Shown here: in pieces, positions 61,240-64,000 of the stretch
Position numbering within the stretch: position 1 is the stretch's first letter
Layout of the letters: each line of letters begins with the position of its first letter
Origin: Promethearchaeota archaeon
GTDB taxonomy: Archaea; Asgardarchaeota; Lokiarchaeia; Sigyniarchaeales; SOKP01
Direction: 5' to 3'
NCBI GenBank assembly: GCA_030603385.1
Contig: JAUVXW010000009.1
Coordinates: forward strand, 1 to 64,000
Length of the DNA stretch: 64,000 nt
Made by a program: the position numbers and the translations under genes
The notes under the pieces: generated by a model
The model's input: the letters and a program-made list of their open reading frames with translations, nothing else
Databases searched by the model: none
What the model was told of the DNA's origin: nothing

Positions 61240-62094
61240 TCACCGTTTTAAAAAGATTTTTTTTATTACCGAGTCCCCAAGAGGTACATATCTTTGAAAC
61301 ACTCCTGGAATACTTAATGTTTCAGGGATTAGATCCGCCCAACGTTGCTTCCTATCGACGGTAACTTTAACTGATCCTTGAATCCTTTCTTGAACGCTTA
61401 TAGGACCATATGAAAATATTAGCACTATACCCTTTCTTAAAGGATGAACAACTGCCATGTTATTAATTCCCCATGCGTTTCCTGGGGGTATAATAACGTC
61501 GCTTTCGTTTATAGATGGATTTGGAGTAATCTCAAGGGCTATATGCGTAACTCCTTTATCTAAAACTAGGGTTTTTTCTTTTGTGACTGTTATATCAAAA
61601 ATACGTTTGGGAAATCCCCAATCAACACCCATTTCCATCATCAACCATGTTTCAACTGGCATACTCAACACGAACCAAGTTTCTTCACCATCAGGGCATA
61701 TCCCCTTGATCATTACCATACTTTCATTATAGCGTGTTATTGAATTTCCAGTGTTATAATCAACCGTAACTAAAGATACAATAGGGTGCTCTGGCATGAT
61801 AAGATGTTTCGGTAGGAGTGATTGGTAAAGTTCAATATTAATAGGTTTAAAGGCAGCGAAAATACCATTTGTGCCTAAATCTCCACCGACTTTTACGGTT
61901 TTAGGATTAATTGTTGATTTACTCCTTGATCCATAGCCCCAATTGATGAGTTCTTTAATGTCATCATTTTTCACGAAATTACGTACACGTTGGATGATCA
62001 TACCACTATAATAAGCGTGTTCGACCTCATTTTTCGGACCAATTCCTCTATTTCTTGACTCTGTCATAATGATCAATAATTGTCCAATATACAT
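61240..62094 (-). CDS. Acetoacetate decarboxylase-like protein
   Basis: LLP..L, Y.E, G..WGFPK motif. The start is probably ATG 62067. Confidence 0.6.
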   Translation of the reverse strand: MYIGQLLIIMTESRNRGIGPKNEVEHAYYSGMIIQRVRNFVKNDDIKELINWGYGSRSKSTINPKTVKVGGDLGTNGIFAAFKPINIELYQSLLPKHLIMPEHPIVSLVTVDYNTGNSITRYNESMVMIKGICPDGEETWFVLSMPVETWLMMEMGVDWGFPKRIFDITVTKEKTLVLDKGVTHIALEITPNPSINESDVIIPPGNAWGINNMAVVHPLRKGIVLIFSYGPISVQERIQGSVKVTVDRKQRWADLIPETLSIPGVFQRYVPLGDSVIKKIFLKR

Positions 62095-62246
62095 AAATTG
62101 TTTTCATAATTATTAAAAACTAATTATAATAATAAATCCTATTTTGTTATAATTTTAAATGGGCTTGTTCTGAATAATAACCATGAAATTCAAATCAAAG
62201 AAATTCTTAATTGAAGTAAGTTAAAAAAAAACTACGTTTGATATCG

Positions 62247-63050
62247 ATGAAAATAGCCGTCTCAGGAAAAGGTGGGGTTGGAAAAACTCTTATAGCTGGT
62301 ACGTTGGCAAGAATGTTTGCTAAAGATGGATTTAATGTGTTAGCCATCGACAACGATTCTGCTATGAACCTAAGTTATACTCTTGGTATTGATTCAGAAA
62401 CTAAAGAAAAAATTGTTCCAATCTCAGAAATGAAAAAACTAATTGAAGAGAGAATAGCTGTCAACGGGGCGGGACCTGGAGTATATAACATTAATCCTAA
62501 AGTTTCAGATATTCCAGATAGATATAAAATATCAGGTCCGGATGGCTTACAACTTCTAGTACTTGGTTCAATTGAGGAACCTGCAACAGGATGTCTTTGT
62601 CCTGAAAATGCGTTAATAAGAACATTATTGTATAATTTGTTTGTTAAAAGAGAAGAAGTTATTATCGTCGATTTTGAAGCGGGATTAGAACATTTAGGAC
62701 GAGGAACAGCTAAAGGTATTGATGTAATGCTTGTAATAACAGAACCTTCCCAAAAATCATTAGATCTTTGCAACAAAATTATAGACTTATCAAAAAAATT
62801 AGGTGTTAATAATATTTATCTAATCGCAAATAAAATAACTGATGATACTCAAAGAGATATTATTAACAAACGAATTGAAGATTGGGAGGTACCTCTTTAC
62901 CATTCAATTCCTTTTGATTTTGAAATAGGAAAAGCCGATTTGAATGGAGAATCCCCCATAGATTTTAATCAAGATTCTCAAGGTATACAAGCCATTAAAA
63001 ATCTCTACTCTAAATTAAAAAAATTGAAAAAAGAAATTATCGATTTATAG
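62247..63050 (+). CDS. cooC: CooC-type nickel-insertion ATPase
   Basis: GKGGVGKT, GCLCP (CxC), DFEAGLEHLGRGT, NK. Confidence 0.88.
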   Translation: MKIAVSGKGGVGKTLIAGTLARMFAKDGFNVLAIDNDSAMNLSYTLGIDSETKEKIVPISEMKKLIEERIAVNGAGPGVYNINPKVSDIPDRYKISGPDGLQLLVLGSIEEPATGCLCPENALIRTLLYNLFVKREEVIIVDFEAGLEHLGRGTAKGIDVMLVITEPSQKSLDLCNKIIDLSKKLGVNNIYLIANKITDDTQRDIINKRIEDWEVPLYHSIPFDFEIGKADLNGESPIDFNQDSQGIQAIKNLYSKLKKLKKEIIDL

Positions 63051-63088
63051 TTCTCCATAGATTTATTTTTAATTCTATAAATCTTAAG

Positions 63089-63331
63089 TTATAGCATCTC
63101 GGATAAATCTAAATCTTGTTCTTCTGCAAGTTCCTTCCACTGTTCTATTGACTCTAATGCATCTTTTTCATCCATCATTTCAATTGCATAACCTGCATGG
63201 ACAATAACGAATTTCCCAACCTCTGGATCTTGAATTAAAGCTATAATTACTTTTTGTTTGATACCATCAAAATCTATTAATGCTGAATTTCCATCGATTT
63301 TCAAGATTTTTCCTGGTATGGCTAGACACAT
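63089..63331 (-). CDS. hypC: Hydrogenase maturation chaperone HypC
   Basis: MCLAIPG...VHAGYAI. Confidence 0.95.
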   Translation of the reverse strand: MCLAIPGKILKIDGNSALIDFDGIKQKVIIALIQDPEVGKFVIVHAGYAIEMMDEKDALESIEQWKELAEEQDLDLSEML

Positions 63332-63499
63332 ATTAAATCAGTTTGGAACTTTATTTTATACACATTTGATAATATATAAAACCAAATAAAATTATTGATT
63401 CATTTTCAAAAGAGAACCATTTATTTTTAAGTATAATGAAAACAATATATTTCTAATACATTAGCTTAAAAATTCATTAAATAAAATACGTGAAGAAAA

Positions 63500-64000
63500 A
63501 TGTTCTTGGATAGATTTAAAAAATTTCCTAAAAATAGAATCTTGTACCTTATAACAATAGCAGGTTTCTTGATCGTTCTATTAGTAGAAATATTCGTATT
63601 TATACCTATTGAAGCTACTGTCTCTGGGTATGGTATCTTGGATTATGAGTTTGCTTGGACTTCAAGCCGAGTCGAAATTATTTTTTCTGTGTGGGGTACT
63701 GATGGAATAGATAATCAACTAATGGCAATATATTGGGACTTCTTATTTATTGTTGGCTATGTTTCATTGGCTTTTGGTTTAATAATCATAGTATTACGGA
63801 GATCAAATAGCAAAATCGAGACTATTGGATCTTTTATGGCTATAACACCCTTTTTAACAGGAATTTTTGACGTAATTGAGAATGTATTTTTAATAACAAT
63901 GGCTAATACTCCGACTTCTGTTTCAAATCCTCAACCTTTAATAGCCTCTTTAAGCGCAACGCTGAAATTTGGTCTCTTATTTGCTGCAATAATATATTTC
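63500..64000 (+). CDS. Polytopic membrane protein, 3'-partial
   Basis: ATG 63500 (MFLDRFKKFPKNRILYLITIAGFLIVLL...YWDFLFI...FDVIEN); open to the window end. Confidence 0.72.
   Translation, partial: MFLDRFKKFPKNRILYLITIAGFLIVLLVEIFVFIPIEATVSGYGILDYEFAWTSSRVEIIFSVWGTDGIDNQLMAIYWDFLFIVGYVSLAFGLIIIVLRRSNSKIETIGSFMAITPFLTGIFDVIENVFLITMANTPTSVSNPQPLIASLSATLKFGLLFAAIIYF

Noticed and set aside
436-62776. Numerous 60-143 aa ORFs antisense to or nested in longer genes (e.g. 3105, 6378, 28892, 36506, 52247, 62375)
   Set aside because: They overlap well-supported genes and show reverse-strand-like composition with no motifs.

Overview
AT-rich (about 30% GC by eye), gene-dense archaeal chromosome segment, almost certainly Asgard (Lokiarchaeia/Promethearchaeota-type). 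The assignment rests on six small GTPases (Rab-like and Rag/Arf-like, four fused to an NPRL2/FLCN-like longin domain), stand-alone roadblock and longin proteins, an archaeosortase with a PGF-like sorting substrate, TBP, L13e, MtrH, ADP-forming acetate-CoA ligase, CooC and HypC. I saw no tRNA, rRNA, CRISPR array or transposase. Top finding: a GPH-family MFS transporter gene (2614..4062) is interrupted by a 33-nt in-frame insert with two stop codons (2680..2712). The insert folds with the upstream exon into a relaxed bulge-helix-bulge motif, and the predicted endonuclease cuts restore the ORF exactly, so it is a candidate mRNA intron. Other findings: longin-GTPase fusions carrying an FLCN/SMCR8-type arginine-finger motif (possible built-in GAP, with one Arg-less paralog), four genes that appear to start at ATT, a catalytically degenerate NrdD, a highly structured ~155-nt intergenic RNA candidate and a 1389-aa receptor-like protein with a cytoplasmic longin domain. 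All family calls come from motif recognition by eye; no database search was run.
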